Origin: an uncultured Gemmatimonadales bacterium | GTDB taxonomy: Bacteria > Gemmatimonadota > Gemmatimonadetes > Gemmatimonadales > GWC2-71-9 | DNA: 64,000 nucleotides | Direction: 5' to 3' | Assembly: GCA_963825055.1 (NCBI GenBank) | Contig: CAWGSK010000015.1 | Coordinates: forward strand, 1 to 64,000 | Part shown: piece after piece, positions 41,119 through 50,105 of the stretch | Layout: each line of letters starts with the position of its first letter | Numbering within the stretch: position 1 is the stretch's first letter | Made by a program: the position numbers and the translations under genes | The notes under the pieces: model-generated | Databases searched by the model: none | Seen by the model: only the letters and a program-made list of their open reading frames with translations | Told to the model about the DNA's origin: nothing

Positions 41119-42740
41119 CGGACATCACCCTTCCCACGGCACCTCCCGGGACGGACAGGACGGACGCGACGGACAGGATGGACAGGACGGACAAGACGGA
41201 CAGGGCGGACAGGGCGGACAGGGCGGACGGGACGGACGGGACCGCCACCCCGCCTGAGCGCCCGACCGCCCGCGATGTGACCGTCATCGGCGCAGGCCTG
41301 GGTGGGCTCGCGTCCGCGATTCGCCTTCAGGCGGCGGGCTATCGGGTCACCGTGCTGGAGCAGGCCAGCCATCCCGGCGGGCGCTGCGGGACGTGGGAAT
41401 CGGAGGGGTTTCGTTTCGATACCGGCCCGACGCTGCTGCTCATGGTGGACTACCTCGAGCGGCTCTTTACCGATGTCGGTCGTCGCCTCGGGGACTACCT
41501 CACCCTGGTCCAACTCGATCCGAACTACGAGGTGCACTACGCCGACGGCAGCCGCCTCGACGTCAGCAGCCGGCTCAATGCCATGCTGGGGGAAGTCGAG
41601 CGGCTCGAGCCGGGCGCCGGACCGGAGTTCCTGCGGTTCCTGGGGGAAGCGGGCCGGCTCTACCGCATCGGGCTCGACGGCTTCGTGGACCGGAATGTTC
41701 ATCGCCCGCGGGATTTCTTCAACCTGAAGAACGGCTACCTGATGCTCCGGGGCCGCGCCATGCAGAACCTCCGGAAAATGGTCGGTCGCTTCTTCACCGA
41801 CGAGCGGCTCCGGAGCGCGTTCAGTTTCCAGTCACTCTATCTCGGGCTGTCGCCCTACGAGGCGCCCGCGATCTACAGTCTGCTCGCATACACCGAGGTT
41901 GCAGGCGGGCTCTACTTCCCGATGGGGGGCATGCATGCGATCCCGCGCGCGCTGGCGCGGCTGGCCACCGAGCTTGGCGTGCGGATCGAGTACCGCACGA
42001 AGGTGCGCGCCCTCGGCCAGGACGGGAACCGGGTTACGCACGTGGTGCTGGCCGACGGCGAGCGGCGGCCGGCCGGGACCGTGCTCGCGAATGCCGACCT
42101 TCCCTATGTCTACGAAAGCCTCCTCGGGCAGCCGTATCCCGGGATCGAGAAGTACGAGTTCAGCTGCTCGGCGTTCCTGATGTACCTGGGCACCGACCGC
42201 CCCTACCCGAAGTTGTCGCACCATACGCTGGTCGTACCCGCAGACCTGGAGCAGGCCTGCGACGATATTTTCCGCCGCGGGCGCGTGCCCGACGACCCGG
42301 CGTTCTATATCTGCAATCCGAACAAGACTGACCCTTCGCTCGCCCCGGCTGGAGGTGAGAACCTCTACGTCCTGGTGCCCGTGCCCAGCCGGCAGGTGGA
42401 GCCGCTGGACTGGAGCCGGGAGGGACCGGCGCTGGAGGCGCGGATGCTGGCCCGGCTCGAACGGTTCGGTCTCACCGGCCTCCGGCGGCACGTCGTTACC
42501 CGGCGGATCTTCACCCCTGCGGACTTCACGTCCGACTTCGGGGCGACGCGGGGCGAGGCGTTCGGCCTGTCGCACGGGATTGACCAGGTTGGCTGGTTCC
42601 GGCCCCACAACCGGCATGCGCGGTATCAGAATCTCTTTTTCGTCGGGCAGAGCACGCACCCCGGTTGCGGAATCCCGATGGTGCTTATCTCCGCGCGCTG
42701 CGTGACGGAGCGGATGCAGCAGGAGGTCGCCGTCACATGA
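41115..42740 (+). CDS. crtI: Phytoene desaturase family protein
   Basis: VIGAGLGGL, GGR, FDTGPT, YFPMGGM, NLFFVGQSTHPGCGIPMVLISA; ATGA overlap with carH. Confidence 0.92.
   Translation: MTDITLPTAPPGTDRTDATDRMDRTDKTDRADRADRADGTDGTATPPERPTARDVTVIGAGLGGLASAIRLQAAGYRVTVLEQASHPGGRCGTWESEGFRFDTGPTLLLMVDYLERLFTDVGRRLGDYLTLVQLDPNYEVHYADGSRLDVSSRLNAMLGEVERLEPGAGPEFLRFLGEAGRLYRIGLDGFVDRNVHRPRDFFNLKNGYLMLRGRAMQNLRKMVGRFFTDERLRSAFSFQSLYLGLSPYEAPAIYSLLAYTEVAGGLYFPMGGMHAIPRALARLATELGVRIEYRTKVRALGQDGNRVTHVVLADGERRPAGTVLANADLPYVYESLLGQPYPGIEKYEFSCSAFLMYLGTDRPYPKLSHHTLVVPADLEQACDDIFRRGRVPDDPAFYICNPNKTDPSLAPAGGENLYVLVPVPSRQVEPLDWSREGPALEARMLARLERFGLTGLRRHVVTRRIFTPADFTSDFGATRGEAFGLSHGIDQVGWFRPHNRHARYQNLFFVGQSTHPGCGIPMVLISARCVTERMQQEVAVT
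41154..41243. repeat. 9-bp tandem array (GACAGGRCG-like x10) in the crtI N-terminus
   Basis: Encodes DRT DAT DRM DRT DKT DRA DRA DRA DGT DGT. Confidence 0.92.
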
Positions 42741-43669
42741 GGCCACTGCTGGAGCGGAGCTATGACCAGGCCCGGCAGACCACGGCCCGGTGGGCGAAGA
42801 GCTTCCATTTTGCCAGCTGGTTCCTGCCTGCCGGGAAGCGTCGCGCGATCTTCGCCCTGTACGACTACTGCCGCCACGCGGACAACCTGGTGGACGAGCG
42901 CGGCGACCGCACCCCCGACGACGTCCGGGCGCAGCTCGCCGACCTCCGCCACACCGTTATCCGGCTCCATGGCGGCCAGCAGCCGGACGATTCTCGCTGG
43001 CTGGCGCTCTGGGACACGCTGCGCCGCTTCCCGGTGCCCCTGGAACCGATGCTGGACCTGCTGGACGGGGTGGCGATGGACCTGGAGCCCGTGGACATGG
43101 GTGACTTCAGCGAACTCCACGAGTACTGCCGGCTGGTGGCCGGAGGGGTGGGACTCATGATCGGCCCCATCCTGGGCGCGGGCGGAGGCGCGTTCCGGGA
43201 GCGGGGCGTCGGGCTCGGCATCGCCATGCAGCTGACCAACGTACTGCGCGACATCCGCGAGGACACGGCGGCGGGGCGCTGCTATCTCCCCCGGGCGGAA
43301 CTCGCGCGGTTCGGGCTGTCGCGGGATGAACTCGAGCGGGGGGTGGCGACGCCGGCCTTTCAGGAGATGATGGCGTTCCAGGTCGCCCGGGCCCGCGCGT
43401 ACTTCGACTCGGCAGACGTCGTGGTGCCGATGTTCCCCGATGACGGCTCCCGTATCTGCGTGCGGCTTATGCAGCGGACCTATGCGGCCATTCTCGACCG
43501 GATCGAGCGGCTCGAGTATGACGTGTTCCGGGAGCGGGCGTACGTCCCGCTGGGGGGGAAGCTGCTCATCCTTGGCAGAGTCCTGCGGCGGGAGCGTCGT
43601 CGCCCGCGGGCCGAGCCCCGTATGATGCCGCGATTCAGGGTGCCGTTACGCGAGGAGGAGACGGGCTGA
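42737..43669 (+). CDS. crtB: Phytoene synthase
   Basis: Start MRPLL; KSFHFAS, YCRHADNLVDE, YCRLVAGGVG, LGIAMQLTNVLRDIRED, GRCYLP. Confidence 0.93.
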   Translation: MRPLLERSYDQARQTTARWAKSFHFASWFLPAGKRRAIFALYDYCRHADNLVDERGDRTPDDVRAQLADLRHTVIRLHGGQQPDDSRWLALWDTLRRFPVPLEPMLDLLDGVAMDLEPVDMGDFSELHEYCRLVAGGVGLMIGPILGAGGGAFRERGVGLGIAMQLTNVLRDIREDTAAGRCYLPRAELARFGLSRDELERGVATPAFQEMMAFQVARARAYFDSADVVVPMFPDDGSRICVRLMQRTYAAILDRIERLEYDVFRERAYVPLGGKLLILGRVLRRERRRPRAEPRMMPRFRVPLREEETG

Positions 43670-45503
43670 GCGTCGCTCGGACTTCCTGGTGAGCCGCCAG
43701 GTGGCGGTCGGCGGCCTCGCTCAGCCGGGCCACGATTTCGAGATCGGCAGTGAGGTTGTCAAGCGGGATGGTACCGGCGCGCAGCCGGAGCAGGTCGAGC
43801 CGGAGCGTCTCCAGCGCGCCGACTACGGCGGTCAGTCGCTCCTGGGCTCGGGCTCGTGTGTCCTCGAGTCCGGCGGCCTCGAGGATGTGCCGCAGGGCAC
43901 CCGCTTCGTGTTCCAGCCGTTCCACCAGGCCGGGAAGGTCGGCCAGGTCGGTCCGGATATCGGTCGGCAACGCTTCGTAGAGCGTCACTGCCGCGTGTCC
44001 CAGCGCGATTTCGGTCGCGCCAGCGCCGGAGTCGGCCAGTGCCGGAAGGGTCAGGCCGAGCCGGGCGACGCGAAATAGCCATGAGCCGAGTTTCGAGCCC
44101 CAGAACCGACTGCGACGGCCGAGCTTGATGCCGGCTTCTACCCCAGGCGCAGCTCCCATGATGGCGACTCCTGCCGCCGCAGCGAGCAGCACGTTGGAGA
44201 CGTCTTCCAGAGAAAGAGGGATTGACACCCCCAGGAGGTTGACGGTCCAGAGGGCGCCGAATAAGACGATGGATCCCAACCATCCCGCATGTGCCATCAT
44301 CGCTCTCCGCCGCTGCGCCTGTGTCGCCGACTCACTTCGCTGCCTCACATCATCCTCCGCCAGGGCATGCACGGTTTCTCCCTGGTGATGTCCCGAGGCC
44401 TGAAGGCGCCGGAGTCGGCGGAGCGTCAGCCAGAGCGGCAGGACCGTGGACCCGGCGAAGACCGCGACCCTCATGACCTCGACGGCTACGTGTTTCCAGG
44501 GGAGCCCTCCGATCAGCGGAGGCAGCAGGGTGAGTTCGAGCGCGTAGTACACCAGCAGGCCCGTGAGCATGGTAAGCGGGAGAATCCGGAGCGCCGGGGC
44601 GGACTCGGTGAGGGCGACGAACCGGCGCACCGGCTCCGCCATGGCAAGCTGGCCCTCAAGGGCCTGTGAAAGAACGTTGGCCAGGGCTTCGGCGCTCTGA
44701 ATGCGGGACTCCCGGTCCTTGGCCAGCAACTGGTCCATTGCGCGCGCGACCGGGGCGGGCACAGCGGGCGCCACCTCCGTCAGAGGCATGGGGGCCGCGG
44801 TCAGGTGCTGGGCCAGGACCTCCGCCGCGGTGGTGCCCTGGAAGGGGAGTCGACCGGTCAGCATGTAGTGGGCCAGCAGGCCGAGCGAGTAAAGGTCGCT
44901 CCGCCCGTCAACGCGCTCGCCGGCGGCCTGCTCCGGGCTCATGTACTGGACGGTGCCCATGACTCGGCCGGATGGCTCACCGCCCGAAGTCTCAATGGCT
45001 CCGGCAATACCGAAATCCGCCACCAGGGCCCGCCCGGAGCCGGCCTCGAGCAGGATGTTCTCGGGCTTGATGTCGCGGTGCACGATGCCATGGCTATGCG
45101 CATGGCCCAGGGCCCAGGCCACTTCGCGGAGGATTCGCAAGGTGACCGGAATGGCCAGGGGACCCTCGCGCTCCACCCGGTGGGCAAGCGTCTCACCCTC
45201 GACATAGGCCAGGACGAACCAGGCGAACGGCCCGGTGTCTTCCACGGCATGGATGGTGACGATGTTCGGGTGGGAGAGGCGGGCAGCCATGCGGGCCTCG
45301 TCCAGGAACCGCCGCCGGAACTCGGCGTTGCCCGCAAGGTGCGGTGGGAGCAGCTTGATGGCCACGCGTCGGTCGAGCCGGACATCCCGCGCGAGGTACA
45401 CGATGCCCATGCCGCCCCGGCCCAGCTCGCGCTCGAGCGAGTAGCGCCCGGCCAGCGAGGCCTGGAAGTCCAGGAAGAGCGGATCGGCTTCGGGATGCGG
45501 CAT
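43635..45503 (-). CDS. Ser/Thr protein kinase with C-terminal multi-TM region
   Basis: Start MPHPEA; LGRGGMGIVY, VAIK, HRDIKPEN, DFG, YMSPEQ; about 4 hydrophobic segments after the kinase domain. Confidence 0.9.
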   Translation of the reverse strand: MPHPEADPLFLDFQASLAGRYSLERELGRGGMGIVYLARDVRLDRRVAIKLLPPHLAGNAEFRRRFLDEARMAARLSHPNIVTIHAVEDTGPFAWFVLAYVEGETLAHRVEREGPLAIPVTLRILREVAWALGHAHSHGIVHRDIKPENILLEAGSGRALVADFGIAGAIETSGGEPSGRVMGTVQYMSPEQAAGERVDGRSDLYSLGLLAHYMLTGRLPFQGTTAAEVLAQHLTAAPMPLTEVAPAVPAPVARAMDQLLAKDRESRIQSAEALANVLSQALEGQLAMAEPVRRFVALTESAPALRILPLTMLTGLLVYYALELTLLPPLIGGLPWKHVAVEVMRVAVFAGSTVLPLWLTLRRLRRLQASGHHQGETVHALAEDDVRQRSESATQAQRRRAMMAHAGWLGSIVLFGALWTVNLLGVSIPLSLEDVSNVLLAAAAGVAIMGAAPGVEAGIKLGRRSRFWGSKLGSWLFRVARLGLTLPALADSGAGATEIALGHAAVTLYEALPTDIRTDLADLPGLVERLEHEAGALRHILEAAGLEDTRARAQERLTAVVGALETLRLDLLRLRAGTIPLDNLTADLEIVARLSEAADRHLAAHQEVRATLSPSPPRVTAP

Positions 45504-45571
45504 GGGCGCTCCGGGGTGAACCGCCAATCTCGCCTGCGGACACCGCCCTCGCCAGACCGGACAGGAGGAGC

Positions 45572-46363
45572 ATGACGGAGACACCGCACGAGGTCCGCCC
45601 CCCGCGGGAATGGCTGGCCCGGGGTCTCGGCCGTTATCTGGAGCGGCTGGCTGCCCGGCGCTTCGCGGCAGTGTGGTGGCATCGGCCGGTGGACTGGGAC
45701 CCCGAACCGCCTACGATCTACGTGGCCAACCACACCAACTGGTGGGACGGCTTCCTGGCGTACCTGACGGGCCGGCGGCTGAGCCGGGTGTTCCATGTTC
45801 TCATGGAGGAAGAGCAACTGGCGCGCTACGGGTTCTTCCGCAGGGTGGGGGCGCTGCCGCTTGACCGCCGAAGCGCCGCCCGCGCGTACGCCCAGCTCGA
45901 CATGGCGGCACGCACGCTTATGCCGGGGCGGGGGTTGTGGGTCTTCCCGCAGGGCGCCAGGCGTTCGTGGCGGGAACCGGTGGCGGCCATTGAGCGGGGC
46001 GCTGCGCAGGTGGCGCTTCTTGCGGCAGGGTCAGTGCGGATCTGTCCGGTAGCCTTCCGCTACGAGTACACCAGCGAGGACCGGCCGGAGGCGTTTGTGC
46101 TCGTCGGGGATCGGGTCCCGGGGATCGGGGATCGGGAATCGGGAGTGAGTCGGGTGTCGCGCGACGAACGGATCGCTCTCTCGGAGCGGATCGAGCGGAT
46201 GCTGGCGGGGACGGTGGCGGCCCTGGACCATCTGCTGGAGCGGGAGAACCTGGCTGGGTTCGAGGTCATGGTGCCGGGACGGTTCTCGATGAATAAGCGG
46301 CTCGACCGTCTGCGGCACTGGCTGGGCCTGCTGCCGGGAGAATTCGAGGCGCGCAATGGTTGA
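45572..46363 (+). CDS. PlsC-like (lysophospholipid) acyltransferase, possibly carotenoid-related
   Basis: NHTNWWDG (HX4D) and VFPQG; RBS AGGAGG. Confidence 0.85.
   Translation: MTETPHEVRPPREWLARGLGRYLERLAARRFAAVWWHRPVDWDPEPPTIYVANHTNWWDGFLAYLTGRRLSRVFHVLMEEEQLARYGFFRRVGALPLDRRSAARAYAQLDMAARTLMPGRGLWVFPQGARRSWREPVAAIERGAAQVALLAAGSVRICPVAFRYEYTSEDRPEAFVLVGDRVPGIGDRESGVSRVSRDERIALSERIERMLAGTVAALDHLLERENLAGFEVMVPGRFSMNKRLDRLRHWLGLLPGEFEARNG
46106..46158. repeat. 7-bp tandem array (GGGRATC/GGGAGTC-like; 6 contiguous units = 42 bp) inside the acyltransferase
   Basis: ggggatc gggtccc ggggatc ggggatc gggaatc gggagtg; encodes GDRVPGIGDRESGV; related to the reverse complement of the array at 41-96. 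Confidence 0.8.
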
Positions 46364-46799
46364 GCATCTCCGGTTCCTGCATGTGGCGGCGGCCATCCTG
46401 CTGCTCGGCAATGTGGTGGTGACCGGGTTCTGGGCGCTCTATCTCTATCGCGTCGGGAGCGCGGCCTCGTTCCGCCCGGTGGCACGAGCCATCCTCTGGG
46501 CCGACCTCCTGTTCACCGTCGTCGGCGGTGGCGCGCTCACGATCACCGGCATCCTGCTCATCCAGGCGCGGGGGTATCCGTGGCGCGAGACCAGGTGGAT
46601 CCTGGAGGGCATCGGATCGCTCGCGGTCGCCACCCTCATCTGGCTCGTCTTCCTCCTGCCCGACCAGTGGCGCATGGAGCGCCTGGCGCCCGGCGACGAT
46701 GCCGGCCTCCGCCGCCTCTTCCTGCGGTGGAGCGCACTGGGCTGGCTCGCGACGGCAATGCTGTTCTACGGGTTGTGGGCGATGGCAGGACGACGGTGA
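46356..46799 (+). CDS. Integral membrane protein (DUF2269-like)
   Basis: FLHVAAAILLLG start motif; ADLLFT; 4 hydrophobic segments. Confidence 0.7.
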   Translation: MVEHLRFLHVAAAILLLGNVVVTGFWALYLYRVGSAASFRPVARAILWADLLFTVVGGGALTITGILLIQARGYPWRETRWILEGIGSLAVATLIWLVFLLPDQWRMERLAPGDDAGLRRLFLRWSALGWLATAMLFYGLWAMAGRR

Positions 46800-46853
46800 A
46801 AGGTGAAGCGTGTGCAGTTTCGCCTTTTTCCCGCCCACCGTTTACCGTTCACG
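46793..46853. repeat. Inverted pair of 7-bp arrays (CGGTGAA-like and TTCACCG-like) overlapping a stop codon
   Basis: acggtgaa aggtgaa gcgtg ... cccaccg tttaccg ttcacg. Confidence 0.7.
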
Positions 46854-46863
46854 CAGTCCTGAA

Positions 46864-47406
46864 ATGGCAGATCCCCTGAAGGAGCACGTTGTGGCTGACG
46901 AACCAGAATACCTGAAGGCGCTCAAGCGTACGCACAAGCAGCAGAAGACACGGGGGCCTGAGGCCCCGTCGGGGGGCCAGAAGAAGAAGGGTAAGGGTTG
47001 GAGCACAGCGGAGCGCGAGGCGCTGCGCTGGGGTCGCGAGGTGGCAGGGCAGGACCCTGCCGTGCGTGACTCGCTGCACGGAGCCCGCTCGGCCATCCTC
47101 TTCAAGCCCAAGAGCTTCGACGACAAGGCCCAACCGGTCATGGAGGGAGTGGGAAGCCGGGAGGCCCTGGTCACGCGCTACGAGGCGGCGACCAGCTTCG
47201 GCGATACCGTGCTCGGGTGCTACGACATCCCGAGCGGCCGACCGCTCGACGTGGCCTCGAAAGAGGGCAAGACCGAGTTCGTTCCAGGCAAGGCGCGGGA
47301 GATCCCGAAGCCGATGACGCCGGAGCAGATGATCCGGAAGGCGGCCCGGGAGGCCGCGAAGCGGCCGATGGAGCGGGACCGGGATCGGGGGGGGAGGGGG
47401 CGTTGA
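46864..47406 (+). CDS. Hypothetical basic (Lys/Arg-rich) protein
   Basis: Start MADPLKE; 180 aa with gene-like GC-rich third positions; no recognised motif. Confidence 0.75.
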   Translation: MADPLKEHVVADEPEYLKALKRTHKQQKTRGPEAPSGGQKKKGKGWSTAEREALRWGREVAGQDPAVRDSLHGARSAILFKPKSFDDKAQPVMEGVGSREALVTRYEAATSFGDTVLGCYDIPSGRPLDVASKEGKTEFVPGKAREIPKPMTPEQMIRKAAREAAKRPMERDRDRGGRGR

Positions 47407-47461
47407 GTCGTTGAGTCGCTTAAACGAAATCTCTGTAACGACTTAACCATTTACGAATCAC
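47402..47461. repeat. Inverted pair of 8-bp arrays (GTTGAGTC and GACTTAAC-like)
   Basis: gttgagtc gttgagtc gcttaaac ... gacttaac catttac gaatcac; first unit supplies the upstream TGA. Confidence 0.75.
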
Positions 47462-47570
47462 CGGTGTCACGGGCCGGCGTCAAGCCGGCTCGCTTTCCTT
47501 CTGGCCCCTAACTTGCTATGTTTCAATGATGTTCGTGCGGCCATAGGCCGCGAGTTCTTCTTTCATTCGA

Positions 47571-47978
47571 GTGAATTGTTTGGCTAGACGATCGCAACGC
47601 AACCGGAATCCCCGCGATCAGCAGTCCCAAAGTTTCCGCCGTTCCCCCGGGCGATCATTGCAGGCCCATCGTGAGTGGCTGCTCCAGAGTCATGGACCGG
47701 TCTGTGCCTATTGCGGCAACAGAACCAGTCCGGAGCTGATCACTCTGGATCACGTGCGACCTCGCCGTGGCCAGTCTGCATACGATCGCCCCGACAACCT
47801 GGTGCTCGCCTGTGTGCCGTGCAACGCGGCCAAGGCGGATACTCCCTGGCCGGCCTTTCTGCTACAGAAACGGTCGCGCGGGGTGTACCTCCTGCACTAC
47901 GGGGAACATCTGTCGGACAGCCTGAAGGACCTGGCGCGGATGGCCTCGGAGCGACCGCTCATCGAGGCGAACGCATAA
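47571..47978 (+). CDS. Small HNH endonuclease
   Basis: CAYCG, TLDHVRP..GQ, DNLVLACVPCNAAKAD. Confidence 0.9.
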   Translation: MNCLARRSQRNRNPRDQQSQSFRRSPGRSLQAHREWLLQSHGPVCAYCGNRTSPELITLDHVRPRRGQSAYDRPDNLVLACVPCNAAKADTPWPAFLLQKRSRGVYLLHYGEHLSDSLKDLARMASERPLIEANA

Positions 47979-48008
47979 GACCTGACACGGCAGCGTTCAG
48001 TTGGATAC

Positions 48009-48045
48009 ACGGGGTGGCCCACGGAGGGGCCGCCCCGTTGTGTTT
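48009..48045 (+). terminator. Probable intrinsic terminator after the HNH gene
   Basis: ACGGGGTGGCCC-acggag-GGGCCGCCCCGT followed by TGTGTTT. Confidence 0.65.
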
Positions 48046-48066
48046 GGGGGATGGAGTCTCGGGCAC

Positions 48067-48098
48067 CGGGAGTCGTTGAGTGGTTGAGTCGTTCAGTA
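48067..48098. repeat. 8-bp tandem array (GTTGAGTS-like x4)
   Basis: cgggagtc gttgagtg gttgagtc gttcagta. Confidence 0.8.
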
Positions 48099-48257
48099 GT
48101 CAGTCCCCTCGGTGACAGGCCGGCCGAGTCGTGACCCGTTGGAAATGCCGTGATGTGAGCGCAGCCGCGTCTGGGCGCTCCGGTCGCAGCGCCCCGGTAC
48201 TTGCGCCCGGCTTTTCCCCTCACATACTCCCGGTTGACCTTCTCCCGGACTCCCTTC

Positions 48258-49073
48258 ATGCGGCGGATTGGAGTGCTCATCGCGGCAATCGTGGCGTGGC
48301 CAGGGCCGACGCCCATTGCCGCCCAGTCCTTCGAGCCGTCCCCGAGGATCTCGCGTCTGGCCTGGGGCACGCTGGACATCCTGATCCTGGCGGATACGCT
48401 CACGGGACTCCGCATCTGGGCGATTCCACGAAACGAGATCCGGGATATTTCCGGCAGGTTCGACCCGATCGAAGTCCGCCAGTGGCTTGACCTCGCCCGG
48501 ACGGTCGTGGCCCAGCCCGCCGTCCCGGATACCGGTGCTTACCTCTTCACGCCCCCCCTGATAAGCCGGGACAGTGCCATGGTCGTGCTCTATCGTGAGC
48601 GATCCGGCGAAGCATGGAGCCGGCGCTCTTTTCTCCTGTTCACCGGGACTGGGCAGAAGGACCGTTTTACGGTGCCGCTCGAACCCCGGTATCTCGAGGA
48701 GTTCCTGTCTGCCGTGTCAGTCCAGGCGGCGGCGAGCCGACTGGTGCCGGACCGCGACACAACCGCGGTGCCCCAGTATTGCACGACGTGTGCCCAGGAC
48801 ACAGCGAGCGCACCGCGAATGCTCAAGGCCGGTCGGCGGCGCTATCCTCCGGCCCTCCAGGCGCGTGGGATGGAGGGGCGGGTGTGGGCGACATTCGTGA
48901 TCACCCCAACCGGCCTGATGGATCCGGAAAGCTTCAGGGTGCTGCTGTCCGACCACCCGCTGTTCGCGAAGGCGGCCTGGGAAATGCTCCGGGAATCGAC
49001 CTTCCGGCCGTGGCTCAAGGACGGCGTGCCGACGGCGGTCGAGGTGTTCCAGAAGGTGAACTTCACTTTCTAA
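48258..49073 (+). CDS. Secreted protein with a C-terminal TonB-C-like domain
   Basis: Signal-like start MRRIGVLIAAIVA; YPPALQARGMEGRV.ATFVI...G, FRP...DG.P..V...VNF. Confidence 0.75.
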   Translation: MRRIGVLIAAIVAWPGPTPIAAQSFEPSPRISRLAWGTLDILILADTLTGLRIWAIPRNEIRDISGRFDPIEVRQWLDLARTVVAQPAVPDTGAYLFTPPLISRDSAMVVLYRERSGEAWSRRSFLLFTGTGQKDRFTVPLEPRYLEEFLSAVSVQAAASRLVPDRDTTAVPQYCTTCAQDTASAPRMLKAGRRRYPPALQARGMEGRVWATFVITPTGLMDPESFRVLLSDHPLFAKAAWEMLRESTFRPWLKDGVPTAVEVFQKVNFTF

Positions 49074-49101
49074 TCCGCAGTCCCCCGCTTACCCTCGTCA
49101 T

Positions 49102-49917
49102 ATGCCTCTGGATCCGCGGCCAGCCGCCTTCCGCAAGCTCCATCAGTCGGGCTGTTTCCTCCTGCCGAACCCATGGGACGTGGGCAGCGCCCGGCTCCTC
49201 GCGCAGCTGGGCTTCAAGGCGCTTGCCACCACCAGCTCCGGATTTGCCTGGACGACCGGCCGCGCCGACAACCACGTCACCCTGCGCGATGCCCTGGCGC
49301 ATTTCTCGGTGATGGCGGCCGCCGTGGACCTGCCGGTGAACGGGGATTTCGAGGGCGGGTTTGCCAGGGAGCCCGAGGGAGTGGCGGAGAATGTCGCGGC
49401 GGCCGTCGGTACCGGTATCGCCGGGGTTTCCATCGAGGATTCAACCGGCGATTCCGGCTCTCCGCTCTTCGCGTTCGATCTTGCCCTGGAGCGGGTGCGG
49501 GCGGCCCGCCACGCGATCGACGCCTCCGGAACGGGGGTCGTCTTCACGGCGCGAACGGAGGGCTTCATCGTGGGCCGGCCGGATCTGGACGAGACGATCC
49601 GTCGCCTGGTGGCCTTCGCTGAGGCTGGGGCGGACTGTCTCTTCGCGCCCGGAATCCAGGGCCGGGACGAGATCGCGGCGGTGGTCCGCGCGGTGGCTCC
49701 CAAACCCGTCAACGTGCTGGTCTCGAAAGACTTCACGACCGTCGCCCGCCTGGCCGACCTGGGGGTGCGACGCATCAGTGTCGGTGGCGGCCTGGCGCGG
49801 GTGGGCTGGGCGGCGGTGCTGGGAGCGGCCCGGGAAATGGCGGAGCAGGGGACATTCTCGGCGCTCTCGGGAGGAATGAGCGGCGCGGAGCTGAATCGAT
49901 CATTCGGTAATCAGTAA
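49102..49917 (+). CDS. Isocitrate lyase/PEP mutase family protein
   Basis: PNPWDVGSA, ALATTSSG, VNGDFEGGF, SIED, TARTE, EAGADCLFAPG, RRISVG. Confidence 0.9.
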   Translation: MPLDPRPAAFRKLHQSGCFLLPNPWDVGSARLLAQLGFKALATTSSGFAWTTGRADNHVTLRDALAHFSVMAAAVDLPVNGDFEGGFAREPEGVAENVAAAVGTGIAGVSIEDSTGDSGSPLFAFDLALERVRAARHAIDASGTGVVFTARTEGFIVGRPDLDETIRRLVAFAEAGADCLFAPGIQGRDEIAAVVRAVAPKPVNVLVSKDFTTVARLADLGVRRISVGGGLARVGWAAVLGAAREMAEQGTFSALSGGMSGAELNRSFGNQ

Positions 49918-50105
49918 CCCGCTGCCCCCTTCCTTCGGGGGCGGCCGGCGTTACCTTGCATCCCATTCCACAACATGCGGGTGGCAGGTGGCGTGCCGGG
50001 CGAATCCGTCCGGTGCCGAGGGCGGGGTGTTCCCGAGGTTCATCCGGCAGATGCCGGTGCTGATAAAGGTCCCGACGTTTCCCCTGTTCTCTCACGGAGT
50101 TCCCA

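Noticed and set aside
47571..47978. IscB/Cas9-like or group II intron-encoded nuclease
   Set aside because: Only 135 aa, with no RuvC, PLMP or reverse-transcriptase motifs.
49921..49945. Hairpin GCTGCCCCC-ttccttc-GGGGGCGGC as an intrinsic terminator
   Set aside because: The stem is real and follows a stop codon, but there is no U-tract, so I do not call it.
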